A DNA stretch of 64,000 nucleotides from the NCBI RefSeq assembly GCF_004010195.1, contig NC_057751.1, forward strand, positions 1,035,968 to 1,099,967, read 5' to 3'. The stretch comes from Chiloscyllium plagiosum (Eukaryota). Under the pieces are notes generated by a model. That model made no database searches. It saw only the letters and a program-made list of their open reading frames with translations, and was not told the DNA's origin. The position numbers and the translations under genes were made by a program. Below are positions 12,620-24,924 of this stretch, in pieces (the first letter of the stretch is position 1; each line of letters starts with the position of its first letter).

Positions 12620-13770
12620 AGTTAAAAACCACACAACACCAAGTTATAGTCCAACAGGTTTATTTGGAAGCATCAGCTATCGGAGCGCTGCTCCTTCATC
12701 AGGTGATTGTGGAGAATAAGATCGTAGAACACAGAATTTATAGCAAAAGGTTACAGTGTGATGTAACTGAAATGATATCTTGAAAAAGACTGGATTGTTG
12801 TTAAGTCTCTCAGCTTTTAGAATGATCATGTTGGTTTCAGTTCTTTCACATGCAAATCCCAGAACTTTCTTAAAGAACTTTCTCTCAAGTGAACTTTAAC
12901 AATAGGTGCCATGTCGGCCCAGATAATACAGGTATATTGAAAGTATGAGGTGCCTTGTGTGAGGATGTCTGTGACCCAATGTTCAGACTGATTCTAATCT
13001 CAAAAAGGGATTTACAGAAGCTTACATGGATTCATGCAGTTTTTGAGCAAAATAAAATGTAATTCTGCAAGTACAAATTCACCCCACAAACTTATGCGTG
13101 TGTGTGTGGTGTGGGAGGGCGGTGCTATGAGTGTCTGTGACAGAGTGTGTGTATGAACGGATAACAGTCTGTAAGAGTCTGAGTGTGGGAGTGTATGTGT
13201 GAGCATATGAGAGAGAGCTTGTACATGAGAGAGGGTCTGTGTGAGTGTGTGTGTGTGAGAGAGTGTATAGTGTAGTGGGGTCACCTGTAGTGTGACATGA
13301 ACCCAAGTCATCTCCACGAATACTGAACTTGGCTATCAGCCCCTGCTCGGCCACTTTGCATTGTTGCCTGTCCCAAAGTCCGCCTTGGAAGACGGTCACC
13401 CAAAGGTCCGAGGCCGAATGTCCCAGACCGCTAAAGTGTTCCCCAACTGTGAGGGAACATTCCTGTCTGTTGATTGTTGGGCGGTGTCCATTCGACCGTT
13501 GCCATAGTCTCTGCTCGGTCTCACCAATGTACCTTACTTCATGGCATCCTTGCCTGCAGCCTATGAGATAGACAACGTAGGCCGAGTCATGGTGGGAGGT
13601 GTCCCCATGTGTAATGGTGGTATCCGTGTCGACATTCTGACACATCTTGCAGCGTCTACAGTGACAGGGTTGTATGGTGTTGTCCTGAAAGCTGGGCAGT
13701 TTGCTGCGAACAGTGATTTGTTTGAGGTTTGGTGGTTGTTTAAAGGTGAGAAGTGGAGGTGCAGGGAAGG
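12620..13770 (-). mobile_element. Penelope-like element, Neptune-type (family C), 5'-truncated, with GIY-YIG endonuclease remnant
   Basis: ORF 13079-13777: PPLLTFKQPPNLKQ..PCHCRRCKMC..VVYLIGC..YIGETEQRL..RSNGH..VGEHF. TG-rich 3' region. Probable TSD ccttcataatNNcaa at 12605 and 13771. Confidence 0.85.
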
Positions 13771-14294
13771 CCTTCATAATATCAAGGCCTTTATTAGGTC
13801 ATCCGTCCTTTCTAGAGAAAAGAACTCCCTTGGATTCAGACTTGCACGTGTCAAAGGCACACTACAAATCAAGTTGGAAACAAGGTACAAAAATTCTGAA
13901 TCATGTATCAACTGCATTCTGTCTGAAACATATCCCTTTCCTGAGGCAAAAAGTTCAGTTTCCTTTTTGAAGTAGAGGGAAAATGAATTGTCATGACTGA
14001 TATTTCATCTCAAAAGGATTTTTCAAAGCAGGATTGGCTATAAGCTGCGAGACAGCGTATTCGAGCTATCGTTCTGCACACAAGGGGGCCTGAATGTACA
14101 CATAACTTTCTAAACAGCCACAGGTGTGTTGACACTTTGTATTGACATTTACTCACTCGACCGGATAACCCGTCTTAATTTGTGCCATATGAGTTGCTGA
14201 CACACTTGAGATTAATGCTCACTCACAATTAGGCAACAGGTAGGGATTGTTTAGTCATAAAAATATCTGGATTATATTTGTCTGCCTACATCTG

Positions 14295-14530
14295 AGAGAA
14301 GAAGAGGAATTTTCCCAGGTGTCCTGGGACTAACATTTATCCTTCAAGCACTGCTGCTAAAAACAGATGATCTGGTCATTATCTCGTTGCCGACTCTGGG
14401 AACTTGCCGAGTGCGAATTGTCTGCTTTATTCCAATTTACAACAGACAACACTTCAGAAAGAAGAATGGCTATGAAGCACTTTGGGAGGCTGTGAGGTTT
14501 GTGAAAGGCACAATGTGAATGCAGGACTTG
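14295..14530 (+). mobile_element. DeuSINE (SacSINE1/AmnSINE1-like) core and tail
   Basis: ggtgtcctgg..atttatccttcaa..aaaacagatgatctggtcattatctc..ctttgggag..gtgaaaggc..aatgcagg resembles the Deu domain plus an L2-like tail. Confidence 0.75.
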
Positions 14531-15189
14531 ACTTTCCAAAGGAGAAAAGTCAACCTTGGCATTGCCTCTGACACCTCCCCCACCCCCTGACTTGTTTCAG
14601 CCCTCAGGCCTCTTCACGCTGACACATTGACGAGGTGGTGTGAGTGACATCTGATTTGTACAAATTTCAGACCTAATAAATCTACCTGTCAGAGCTGAGA
14701 GTGCCGAGCCCAGGGGGGACAAGCCGAGCAAGCATGCAGTAGATGAAATTCTGCAGGAGGAGAAATTACTTCTGTCACAGATTCCACCCACATCAGACCT
14801 GACACAAACCTTGGCAAGGAATCACCACAGCTTCACTTCGCTGCCAAGAGCCCATCAATCATCAGATCAAAAGCAATAGTAAAACTTCGAATGTTGTGCT
14901 TTTATTTTTTTTTAAGAGGTGTGTGTTGGTGGGGGGGAGACAGAGGGCGGGAGAAAGACACTTTTTCCCACCACAAGGACTCCTTTGAAACCACCCTCCT
15001 CTGCTATGTACCTCCCATCGACACACAGAGTAGCTTTTTTTCAAAGCAATGTGGTTGAACAACCACCCTGCTCTTCACTGACACAATAAGCCCCATGGTT
15101 ATTTGTTATTAATGACAGCTGGCTTAGCCAGATTTTCCCAGCTGGTCGTTCTCTGGAAAAGAAGTCTGGAAATGGTTGAGGCTTGTTTT

Positions 15190-15202
15190 TCTCTCTCTCC
15201 CA

Positions 15203-15237
<35 letters not shown>
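15190..15237. repeat. Interrupted (CT)n microsatellite
   Basis: Direct reading. Confidence 0.9.
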
Positions 15238-16799
15238 AGTATGAAATAGTGAGACAGGCTTCAGCTAAGTGCTCGGCACTGCTGAGGCCAATTTGTCTCT
15301 GGGAAAACCATCACACTGATCGGAACAGGACAGGCAGTTGTACTGAATAGGTAAAACAGTTGTCCAGGGACACTGCAAGGCTGTCCAACCCTTCCACATG
15401 AACCCAGAGCCTCCAGGAATGAAAGATTAACTTCCAGGAAACTGCCACACGAATGAGAAGAACATTCACTGGCGGCAAAAACAAAATTGTGTTCTTAGAA
15501 ACCACTGACACTAATAGTTCATCACAGAGTAACTAAGCAACATTCTCACAGAATTGTGCCTTTCAGTCAACTTCCCAGGCTCCTCAGTCACCATCCCTGG
15601 ATTTATCTTGGCTCATTGGCAGAACAAAACCAGGAGAGGTAGTGGCCCAGTGGTGTTTAGTCAGGAAGGAGTTACCTTGGGAAATCTTCCCCATTGACTC
15701 AGGATCCAGTGAGGTCCTCTGGTATCAGGTTAAATATGGAGGAGGAAACCTTCTGAAACCTCTCACAACTAGTCGATCAGTTCTCTTTCATGTTAGACAC
15801 CAATTGGAGGAAGTGGTGGTCGGAGAATCAATGGGCAAAAAGCCAACTTGCTCTCGACCTTGCAGGTTGCAAACGTTTTTGCCTGTGACAATAATGGTTG
15901 TTCATAGCCCTAACGGAGATGAGTCCTGTCTTCACGCTACAGAAATCCTCGACCACATTTTGTGACCCTGCCATCGTGCTCGTTGAAACAGATTTAAAAC
16001 AATGCTTGCCACACAAACCTGGTGATCAATAAAGGAATAGGGCCATCAGCAGCAGCAGGAGTTCCACTGGAATCTGGATCCAACATGTCTCTCTCCACCA
16101 GCGACATCACACAAATGAATCAGCCAATGTTCAATGAGGAGCACATAAAAGCAACTAAAGGAAGATATGAAAATAAGGTATGAACCTACTGAAACTGCAA
16201 TGGAGCACTGCATGCATGCCAAACCATACAAGCGTCAGGCTTTCAGCTGTACTAAGGGACTCGGAAAGCAAATATGATAGTGGACAATTCTTGTTATTCA
16301 TCCTCAAGGCAAGATAACCCATTCATCATGTAGGATGTTTTATAGAGATCTGGTGGGATCCTAAATAAGCAGTCATCAGCCAGAGGATTCTGCTGGAATA
16401 TGAAAAGATACCGCAGATGGCTGAGTTGTCAAGATTTGGCTCAGGATTTCCTCTCCTTAAGTTTTCTTTTTTCCTCAGATGTGTGCTTGCCTTTATGAGG
16501 AGCGGGTTTTTTTCTGGGGGACTCGGGGGGTGCACAGAAGCATCTTTTGCGTTTTGTTGCTGCAGTGATGCTGGGTGAGCTTCTCCCGGAAACCCAAAAT
16601 CAAAATCAAAACACTACTTTTCAGGTTATCCCTCCAGTTTTTCCTTCCTTCCACCAGCATGGGCATAACCAACCCAAGTAACCAAGGTTTGGGCTCTCCA
16701 ATGATGATTTATGATGGTAAGTCAGTGAGTGTAGGCCATTCTGATGACATGAGTCGCTCATCTGGTTGTGATTGTCTCAATATTATGTGAATGTCTGCA

Positions 16800-18250
16800 T
16801 CCCACCTCATTGTCTGGTATTTTGACTCATGGGTCTAAACTTCAAGAAGCAACTAATCTGAGGGTGAGACTCCACATTCCCACCACCATACTTAATAATG
16901 TGGGAGACCAGCATGTGAGTACAAAAGGAAAGGATGAAATGTATGCAACCATCTTCAGCTAAAAGTGCAAAACAGCCCATCCATTCTTGCCCTCCTGAAA
17001 TCCACCATCTGTAGATACCATTCTTTGCCAAGTAGATGAGTTTAACGAGTATTACTTGTCACCTATGTCTGAGCATCCAGCTTCTGACCTTATGTTGGGC
17101 GGATGAAGCAGCTGAAGATGGTTGGGCCTCGGACACTACCCTGAGGAACTCCTGCAGAGATGTCCTGAAGCTTCAACCATTTTGACTCATTTTGCATCCA
17201 ATCAGGCAATGGCTGAGTGCACTTGGATACAGCATCTTAACTGTGCTGCCACAAAACACAGTCCAAAGATGTGCAGGTCAGGTGAATTGGCCATGCTAAA
17301 TTGCCCGTAGTGTTAGGTAAGGGGTAAATGTAGGGGTATGGGTGGGTTACGCTTCGGTGGGTTGGTGTGGACTTGTTGGGCCGAAGGGCCTGTTTCCACA
17401 CTGTAATGTAATCTAAAAAACCTTTGTGTCTTGATCTCTTTGAATACATTCATGGCACCAAAGCATTCTCTCCATCATCAACAAAGGGAAAGAAGGTGGC
17501 ATTGACAATGCTATCAAGCTGCCCTTGTTCATCAATAAACAGTTTGCTCATTGTGGGCTCGGCCAAGGTTACTCAGCTCCTAACATCATTACAGTCTTGG
17601 GGCCAATGTGGACAAAGGAGCAGAATTCAAGAGGTGAGGTGGGAGTGACTGCCCTTGATGTCAAGGCTGCATTTGACCAATTGGCAGCAAGCAGTCTCTA
17701 TGAAATTTAAATCAATATGAATCAAGACTCCTCTAGTGATTGGAGTCATACCTATCAGAAAAGAAGATGGTTCTGGTGGATGGAGGTTAGTCATCTCAGC
17801 TCCAGGACATCTCTGCAGGAGTTCCTCAGGGTAGTGTTCGAGGCCCAACAAGTAGTACTCATTAAACTTATTTGCTTGGCAATAACCAACAATAAAGAAA
17901 TTAACCATCACCCCTTGCATTCAATGGCATTACCACCACTGACTCCCCTACCATTGATCAAAAGCTGACATAGACTAACCATGTAAATACAGCAGTGACA
18001 AGAGTGCTTCAGAGGCTTGGAATTCTGCAGCGAGTAACTCACCTCCTGACTCCCCAAGGTCTGTCCACCATCTACAAAGCACACGTCAGGAGAGTGATGG
18101 AATACTTCCCACTTGCCTGGATGGGTGCAGTTCCAACAATGCTCTAGAAGCTTGACACCATCCAGGACAAAGCAGTCCATTGAGTTCCACCCCCATCCAT
18201 CCACTTAAATATTCAATCCCTTCACCAGTCTCAAGATGCACTACCAAGAC
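16800..18250 (+). mobile_element. Rearranged LINE-X fragments (inverted piece at 17025-17172; HE1 insert)
   Basis: Encodes ALDVKAAFD and KAHVRRVMEYFPLAWMGAVPTML..LDTIQDKA-like segments. Confidence 0.7.
17257..17415 (+). mobile_element. HE1 SINE, 5'-truncated
   Basis: cacagtccaaagatgtgcagg..gggcctgtttccacactgt plus taatctaa tail. Confidence 0.9.
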
Positions 18251-19629
18251 CTCACCAAGGGTTTTTTCTTCAAGGAGTGTCTTAAAGAAGCAGAAGGGGT
18301 TAAACCATAGGTAGCTGAAGGCATTTGTGAAGTCCTAAAAATCGGGAACACTGAAGAGGCCCGAACTGGATGAGGTAGGCATGGTGGAAGAACTCTGGTT
18401 TAGTGGTGGTTCCAGAGGGAGTAAGGGATGATTCTGTGGAGGAATTTGAAAACACAGATGAGAATCTTAAATCCAAGGAGCTAACCTTCACTGAAAATAA
18501 TCTGCTGCTTTTGAAGTGCCAGAGAATGAGCAAAGAGAAAGAGGAGCTGACAACGTTGTTAAGGAACTGCAGTGATCAATTAAGAGAAGGAAAACCTCTC
18601 ACGACTGTGAGCACACTTTTTTTTAACAACTGTCTCCTTCAACGATAGAGTGGAGGTGCTACCACGAAAGCATACACAGACATTCCTTGTTCCACATTGC
18701 ATAATTGAAGGGACATTATTGATGCACTTGACTTGTCTCTCAGCAGGCTATTTTGCTAAAACAATATGATCTGATATTTCCATCCCCTCCTCTCTTCCAC
18801 ACTTCTCCCAGCCTCTACCTAAGGGTGGACTATATTCTGTGTAAATGCACACTAGCTGGACTCACAGTGTATCATGTCCTGTCCGGCTGAGTGACTGTGG
18901 AAGTCACAATGACTCACAGAGAGACCCTCCCTGCACTTACCATCTGCTTCTTTCTCTCATTATGTCCGGGTGGGCAACTGATCGACGGTGGCGGGGGGTG
19001 GGGGGAGGGTATTGTATATTTTCCTGCATTCCTGCTCAACAGCTGTAAGATGTCAGTCTTCTGTCTGTGTTGCTGGTTAGAGTTTGAGAATGATGGTGGT
19101 TAAAATATTTTGGGGTTGCACTCCAGGTAACTGCAGTTACCAAACATCACCAGGATGCAGTACTTCCTGAACATGATATATGGGAGAGATATAGTGCAGG
19201 GAAGAGACAATTCAATTTGGTGTTCTCGTTGATGTGATAAGTAGAGCACTGCTCAATCTTTTCTGAATGCTGACAGAAGCAAGAAATTGAATTGTTGCTA
19301 AAACTCAAAGCAAGATGCTAGTTATTCTTTTTGTGAAATTTAATGGTATTTTCTTTCGTCTTGGCTCGGTTTTGATAGCCAAATTCTCACCTTTAGCTGA
19401 AAGGATTGTGCTTGCAAAGAACCTGCTCTTTGAGTGAATGGAATGACATGAAGAGATATGGGATGAGCTGCCCTTAACATTAAAGAAATATTTAGGCCAT
19501 GAGGAATCAACAGGGACATCCTCCAATGGCTGAAGTTGCACCAGATTTGTATTCCAACACAGTCTGCAACCTCATAGCCTGGCATATCCCCCATTCAACC
19601 ATTTCCATCAAAGAGAGGATCACGGTTGT

Positions 19630-19923
19630 GGGCGGCACGGTGGCACAGTGGTTAGCACTGCTGCCTCACAGTGCCAGAGACCCGGGTTCAATTCCCGCCT
19701 CAGGCAACTGTCTGTGTGGAGTTTGCACATTCTCCCCGTGTCTGCGTGGGTTTCCTCCGGGTGCTCCGGTTTCCTCCCACAGTCCAAAGATGTGCAGGTC
19801 AGGTGAATTGGCCATACTAAATTGCCCGTAGTGTTAGGTGAAGGGGTAAATGTAGGGGAATGGGTGGGTGGTGGGTCGGTGTGGACTTGTTGGGTCAAAG
19901 GGCCTGATTTGTAAGTAATCTAA
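19630..19923 (+). mobile_element. Near full-length HE1 SINE (tRNA-derived V-SINE)
   Basis: A box TGGCACAGTGG, B box GGTTCAATTCC, V-domain gtctgtgtggagtttgcacattctccccgtg, taatctaa tail. Confidence 0.92.
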
Positions 19924-20019
19924 CCTTGGGAAAGTGGAGAGTGCAAAAGGGTATGCCAGGAGCCACACCAGGCATACCTGAACATGAAATGTCAACTTTG
20001 CATGCTTAGACACAGCTTA

Positions 20020-20745
20020 AAAAGAATGCCACAACCAATACATCAGATCTAAGCTCTGCAGTCCTGCTCCATTCAGTTGTGAAGGGTGGTGGACTATTAA
20101 ACAACTCACTGGAGAAGAAGGCTTTACACATATCCCCATCCACAAAGATGGAAGAGCCCTAAACATCCGTGCAAAAGACAAAGCTGAAGCCGTTGCAACA
20201 ATCTTCAGCCAGCATGGCCAAGTGGATGATCCATCGCGGCCGTCCCCAACATCACAGATACCACCCTTCAGCCAATTCAATTCAGTCTACATGATATAAA
20301 CCGGTCAGAGGCACTGGATACTGCGAACCTTTGGGGCCTGACAACATTTCACCAATAGTACTGAAGGCTTGTACTCCAAAATATGCTGCTCCGCTAGCCA
20401 AAATCTTCCAGCACAGTTACAAAACTATCCAATAAGATGGAAAGTTGTACCATTTTGTTCTTATACACAAAAAGCAGGACAAATCCAACATGACTAATTA
20501 CCGCCCCATCGGTCTACTCTCGATCATCATTAAAGTGATGGAAAGGGTCATTGACAATGCTGTCAAGCAGCACCTGCTGAGCTGAGTAACAACCTGCTCA
20601 GTGATGCTCAGTTTGGGTTCTGCCAGGGTCACTCAGCTCCTCACCTCATCCTCAAACATGGACAAAAGAGCTCAATTCCAGAAGTGAGGTGAGAGTGACA
20701 GCCCTTGGCATCAAGGTAACATTTGGATGAGTGTGGCACTGTGGA
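20020..20745 (+). mobile_element. LINE-X RT-region fragment; continues at 21521-21830
   Basis: taattaccgccccatcggtctact (NYRPIGL), cagtttgggttc (QFGF) and gcccttggcatcaagg remnants. Confidence 0.75.
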
Positions 20746-20749
20746 GCCG

Positions 20750-21446
20750 GTTTATTGGGTCCGGTCGATGTGCTTATTGATTGAATCTGTGGATGAGTGC
20801 CATGCCTCTAGGAATTCCCTGGCTGTTCTCTGTTTGGCTTGTCCTATAATAGTAGTGTTGTCCCAGTCGACCTCATGTTGCTTGTCATCTGAGTGTGTGG
20901 CTACTAAGGATAACTGGTTGTGTCGTTTCGTGGCTAGTTGGTGTTCATGGATGCGGATCGTTAGCTGTCTTCCTGTACGTTCTATGTAGTGTTTTGTGCA
21001 GTCCTTGCATGGGATTTTGTACACTGTATTGGTTTTGCTCATGCTGGGTATCAGGTCCTTCATCCTGGTGAGTTGTTGTCTGAGAGTGGTTGTTGGTTTG
21101 TGTGCTGTTATGAGTCATAGTGGTCGCAGTAGTCTGGATGTCAGTTCAGAAATGTTCAGAAATTATAGGACAAGCCAAACAGAGAACAGCCAGGGAATTC
21201 CTAGAGGCATGGCACTCATCCACAGATTCAATCAATAAGCACATCGACCTGGACCCAATATACCGACCACTGCAGCGGACAGCTGGAACTGACAACCGGA
21301 AGCGGCAGGTACAAATCACTATAAATGCTGGAGGAAACATCACAGAAGCGCTTCACAGGAGGCTCCCAAGCACTGAGGGTGTCACCTAGACAGGGGACGA
21401 AACGTCTGCAACACAAATTCCCAGCTCGGCGAACAGAACCACAACA
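20750..21446. mobile_element. Penelope-like element, Poseidon-type (family D), inverted arrangement
   Basis: Minus GIY-YIG ORF VYKIPCKDCTKHYI..TGRQL..RIHEH..REFLEAWH. Plus-strand copy of the same C-terminus runs into the pLTR and hammerhead motif. Confidence 0.88.
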
Positions 21447-22091
21447 TGGTCGGTGTGGACTTGTTGGGCCGAAGGGCCTGTTTCCACACTGTAAGTAATC
21501 TAATCTAAACATTACAGACGCTTGACACTATCCAGGACAAAGCAGCCACTTGATTGGCACCACTTCCATAAACATCCAGCACCAACACTCAGTAGCAACA
21601 CTGTGTGCTATCTACAAGGTGCACTGCAGCAACTTGCCAAGGCTCCTTCAGCAGCACTTTCCAAACCCATGACTGCTTCCATCTACAAGGACATGCAGCA
21701 GATACATGGAAACACCACCAGCTGCAAGTTTCCCTCCCAGCCACTGACTATCCTGACTTGAAATTATGTTGCCTTTTTTTCAGTGTCCCTGGGTCGAAAT
21801 CCTGGAATGCCATTTCACAGCGGTATTGACAGGACGAGTTCCTGAAAATAATTGAAGCAGCAGGGGGAATTCATTTTTCACTATCCCTGCTGCAAAACCC
21901 AATCTTTAGGTTTCATTTTTGTCCCCTGCTGCATACACTATCCAGCCTGCCAGCATTGAACTCCTGCTGAAATCTGATCTCTGAGAGTTCGGTATATTTC
22001 CCTTTTGGATTCAATCAGTCCCAGTTTCCTTAGTAAGCTGAAATCACAGTCTAACTTCACAGAAATTTGACATCAAGGCCTTCCAAGAAAG

Positions 22092-22190
22092 CTAAAACAG
22101 AAATTGCTGGAAAAGCTCAGCAGGTCTGACAGCATCTTTGGAGAGAAATCAGAGTTAATGTTTCGGGTCAAATGACCCTTCCTCAGAAAC
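22092..22190 (-). mobile_element. PLE family-B terminal fragment with hammerhead motif
   Basis: Minus strand reads CTGAGGA-A-GGGTCA-TT-TGACCC-GAAA-CATT-AACTC. Confidence 0.75.
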
Positions 22191-22529
22191 CTTCCAAAAA
22201 ACTGAAGTTTTAGTTTTTTTTAAGTCAAGCGTTGTCTTAAAGCTTTGAACCAACCTCAATAGGCCAAATAGCCTGCTCCTACACTGTCGGGATTTTATGA
22301 TTGTAAATGTTTATGGGTAGCTATCTCTCCCTACATTCCACACCCACTGCCAATCTTACCCTCATAAACAGCAGATGTAACCACAATTGTCAAACTAGTC
22401 ATCACATTTCCATAAAATTCACTGTCTAATTTGCGTAGAAATGTCTTGGTAGTCCAACCATTACGCAGGACCTCACCACGTTCTCTCTGTCATCAGACCA
22501 AGAGTGAGGCCATTCACTAATGAACCAAA

Positions 22530-22806
22530 GGGTGGTGCGGTGGCTCAGTGGTTAGCATTGCTGCCTCACAGCGTCAGGGACCCAAGTTCAATTCCACCTC
22601 GGGTGACTGTCTGTGTCTGCATGGGTTTCCTCCAGGTGCTCCAGTTTCCTCCCACAGTCCAAAGATGTGCAGGTTCCATGGTTTGGCCATGGGAAATGCA
22701 GGGTTACAGGGATAGGATAGTAGGGTGGGTCTGGGTGGAATTCTGTTTGGAGGGTTGGTGTGGACTTAATGGGCCACATGGCCTGCTTCCACACTGTAGG
22801 GATTCT
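22530..22806 (+). mobile_element. HE1 SINE, diverged
   Basis: gtggctcagtggttagc head, partial V-domain, ccacactgtaggga tail. Confidence 0.85.
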
Positions 22807-23819
22807 CCGATTACACAGCATTCAACTCCATTCACAGCTTCTTCTGGAGTGAAATATTCGATGTCAGCTTCCAGCCCTCTGTGAATGGCATTTAGCTCTG
22901 ATAACATTCAAATTACATATGGGCCATATGCAAGAAGAGAAAGCTCAGTCCCTTTCCGTTAAAACTTCAAAAGTTTCATTGTCACTGAGTTCCCCAAAAC
23001 CTCAGGGTGGTCACCAGTGAGGGAAGCCCCTCTTCCTCCACATCTTCAAAAGGGAAGGTAGCATTGTGATAGAATATTCAGTATTCCCCTGAGTTGGAGC
23101 AACCACAAAGCATTCAAGAACCTGAACACCAGCAACACTATTGATGTTTGGCTTGCCCCATTCCCTTCACTGTTGCACCATAGCTGCTGTGTTTGTTCCA
23201 CAGGATCAGACTCCCAGTCATTCAGCAGTGCACTGTACTCTCATAACTCTTGTGACACCAACAACAATGTTCTCATGGGATCTCCATTACCTCCTAGTCA
23301 TGGCCCAGTGTGGGAGGTGGAATGTACCTGGTGCAAAAATAATGGATACATTACCCTGTGTAAAAATAGTCACTTAGTTCAAGTGACTATGCTGGCTGTT
23401 ATTGCTCGATTATGTACATTTACCTCACTTGTCTGTATTATCTCTTACAACTGATAGAAAGTGGGTTGAGAGGGAAGAATGTGCGTTTCTGTAGCATGAC
23501 TCACAACCTCAAGACTTGACAAAGTTCCTGACAGAATGAAGGATGTTCAAAGTCTAACCGTGATTGTAATCTTGGAAACTGCGATGCTCTCTTACCCAGA
23601 CTTGTCAAGCACCTCATGAAACTTTTTAATTATTGGAAGAAATTCCGAACAAGAAATCCAATTATCCACAGCAGGTAGTGTTCAAACAATACAAGAGATG
23701 ATTTGCAGCCTGTCAAATATGGGACATGAATTCTTTGCACACCTGTGTAATATAAACCATATCTGGAATGAGTTCATTAGACTGAAGTAATTCATTAAGT
23801 TGATTATTTTGTTCGTTCT

Positions 23820-24425
23820 CCGGTTGTAAGCCTTGCTGGCTGGCCCAGCAATTTTTGAACATCCCTAATTTCCCTTGAGAAACTGGTGGTGACTTGCCTA
23901 CTTGAATTACTGCAACCCATATGGTGAAGGTATTCACACAATAATTTCAGGGACAGAGTTCTCACATTTTAGCCCAGTGACACTGAGACAACGGCGATAT
24001 ATTTCCAATCCAGCCTGGTGTATGGCTTGGAGGGGAACCTGCAGGTGGTGGTGTTCCCGTGTACCTGCTGCTATTGCCCTTCGAGATGGCAGAGGTTTTG
24101 GGTTTGGGGTGTCTGACCAAGGACCCGACTTGAGTTAATGCCACAGGATGCTGCAGGTGCAAGGAATAAATGTGGCAGCTTTGTCTGGTGTGGTGCTGAG
24201 CTTTCCACTTGGTGCTGCACTCACCCAGCCAAGTGCAGAATATTTGATTACATCTCTGACTTGGGCATTTTGGATGTACAGGTTTTGTGGAGTCAAGATT
24301 AGAGTTACTCACTGCAGGATTCCCAGCCTCTGACTAGCTCTTGTACCACAGTACCTATACATCTGGTCCACTTCAATTTCTGTTCAATGATAATGCCAGG
24401 CTGTTGGCAATGGAAGATTCAGTGA
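23820..24425 (-). mobile_element. LINE-X 3' fragment
   Basis: Similar to 31742-32258 and 59070-59900. Confidence 0.7.
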
Positions 24426-24597
24426 CGGTTCAGTTGGAGCAGTGTCTATAAGTGAGACCAGCAAGTCTGTAAACAGTGTGGAGAATGAGGATGCGGTTAG
24501 CATGGGAATGTGGAACCCAAACAGATCCACTATGATCTTACAGAACAGATAACCACTGGTGCAGGAATTGTCATCAGATACTGCAGCTTGCTCAACG

Positions 24598-24787
24598 TTT
24601 GTGCGAAGATTTATAGCTCGGGTGCTCGTTGTTGTGGTTCTGTTCGCCGAGCTGGGAATTTGTGTTGCAGACGTTTCGTCCCCTGTCTAGGTGACATCCT
24701 CAGTGCTTGGGAGTCTCCTGTGAAGCACTTCTGTGATCTTTTCTCCAGCATTTACAGCGATTTGTACCTGCCACTTCCGGTTGTCAG
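24598..24787 (-). mobile_element. PLE family-D pLTR with intact hammerhead motif
   Basis: Largely the reverse complement of ~21288-21446, plus a terminal tail. Confidence 0.85.
24667..24706 (-). ncRNA. Minimal type-I hammerhead ribozyme motif (PLE family D)
   Basis: GCA-CTGAGGA-T-GTCACCTAGACAGGGGAC-GAAA-C-GTC-TGC; helix I GCA/TGC. Confidence 0.7.
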
Positions 24788-24924
24788 AAACTGAGCAAAG
24801 TTAGATCACATGGGGGAGTCAATAAAAATGTGCAGAAAGCGCAGCAGGTCAAACAGCATCAGAGGAGCGAGAGAGTCACCATTTAGGTTGGGACAATTTA
24901 TCAGGACTAGGGAGGGGGAATGTG

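Noticed and set aside
19630..19700. tRNA gene (also heads at 22530, 36970, 48420-48489 and 54100-54163)
   Set aside because: The A/B boxes run directly into the HE1 V-domain; these are SINE heads.
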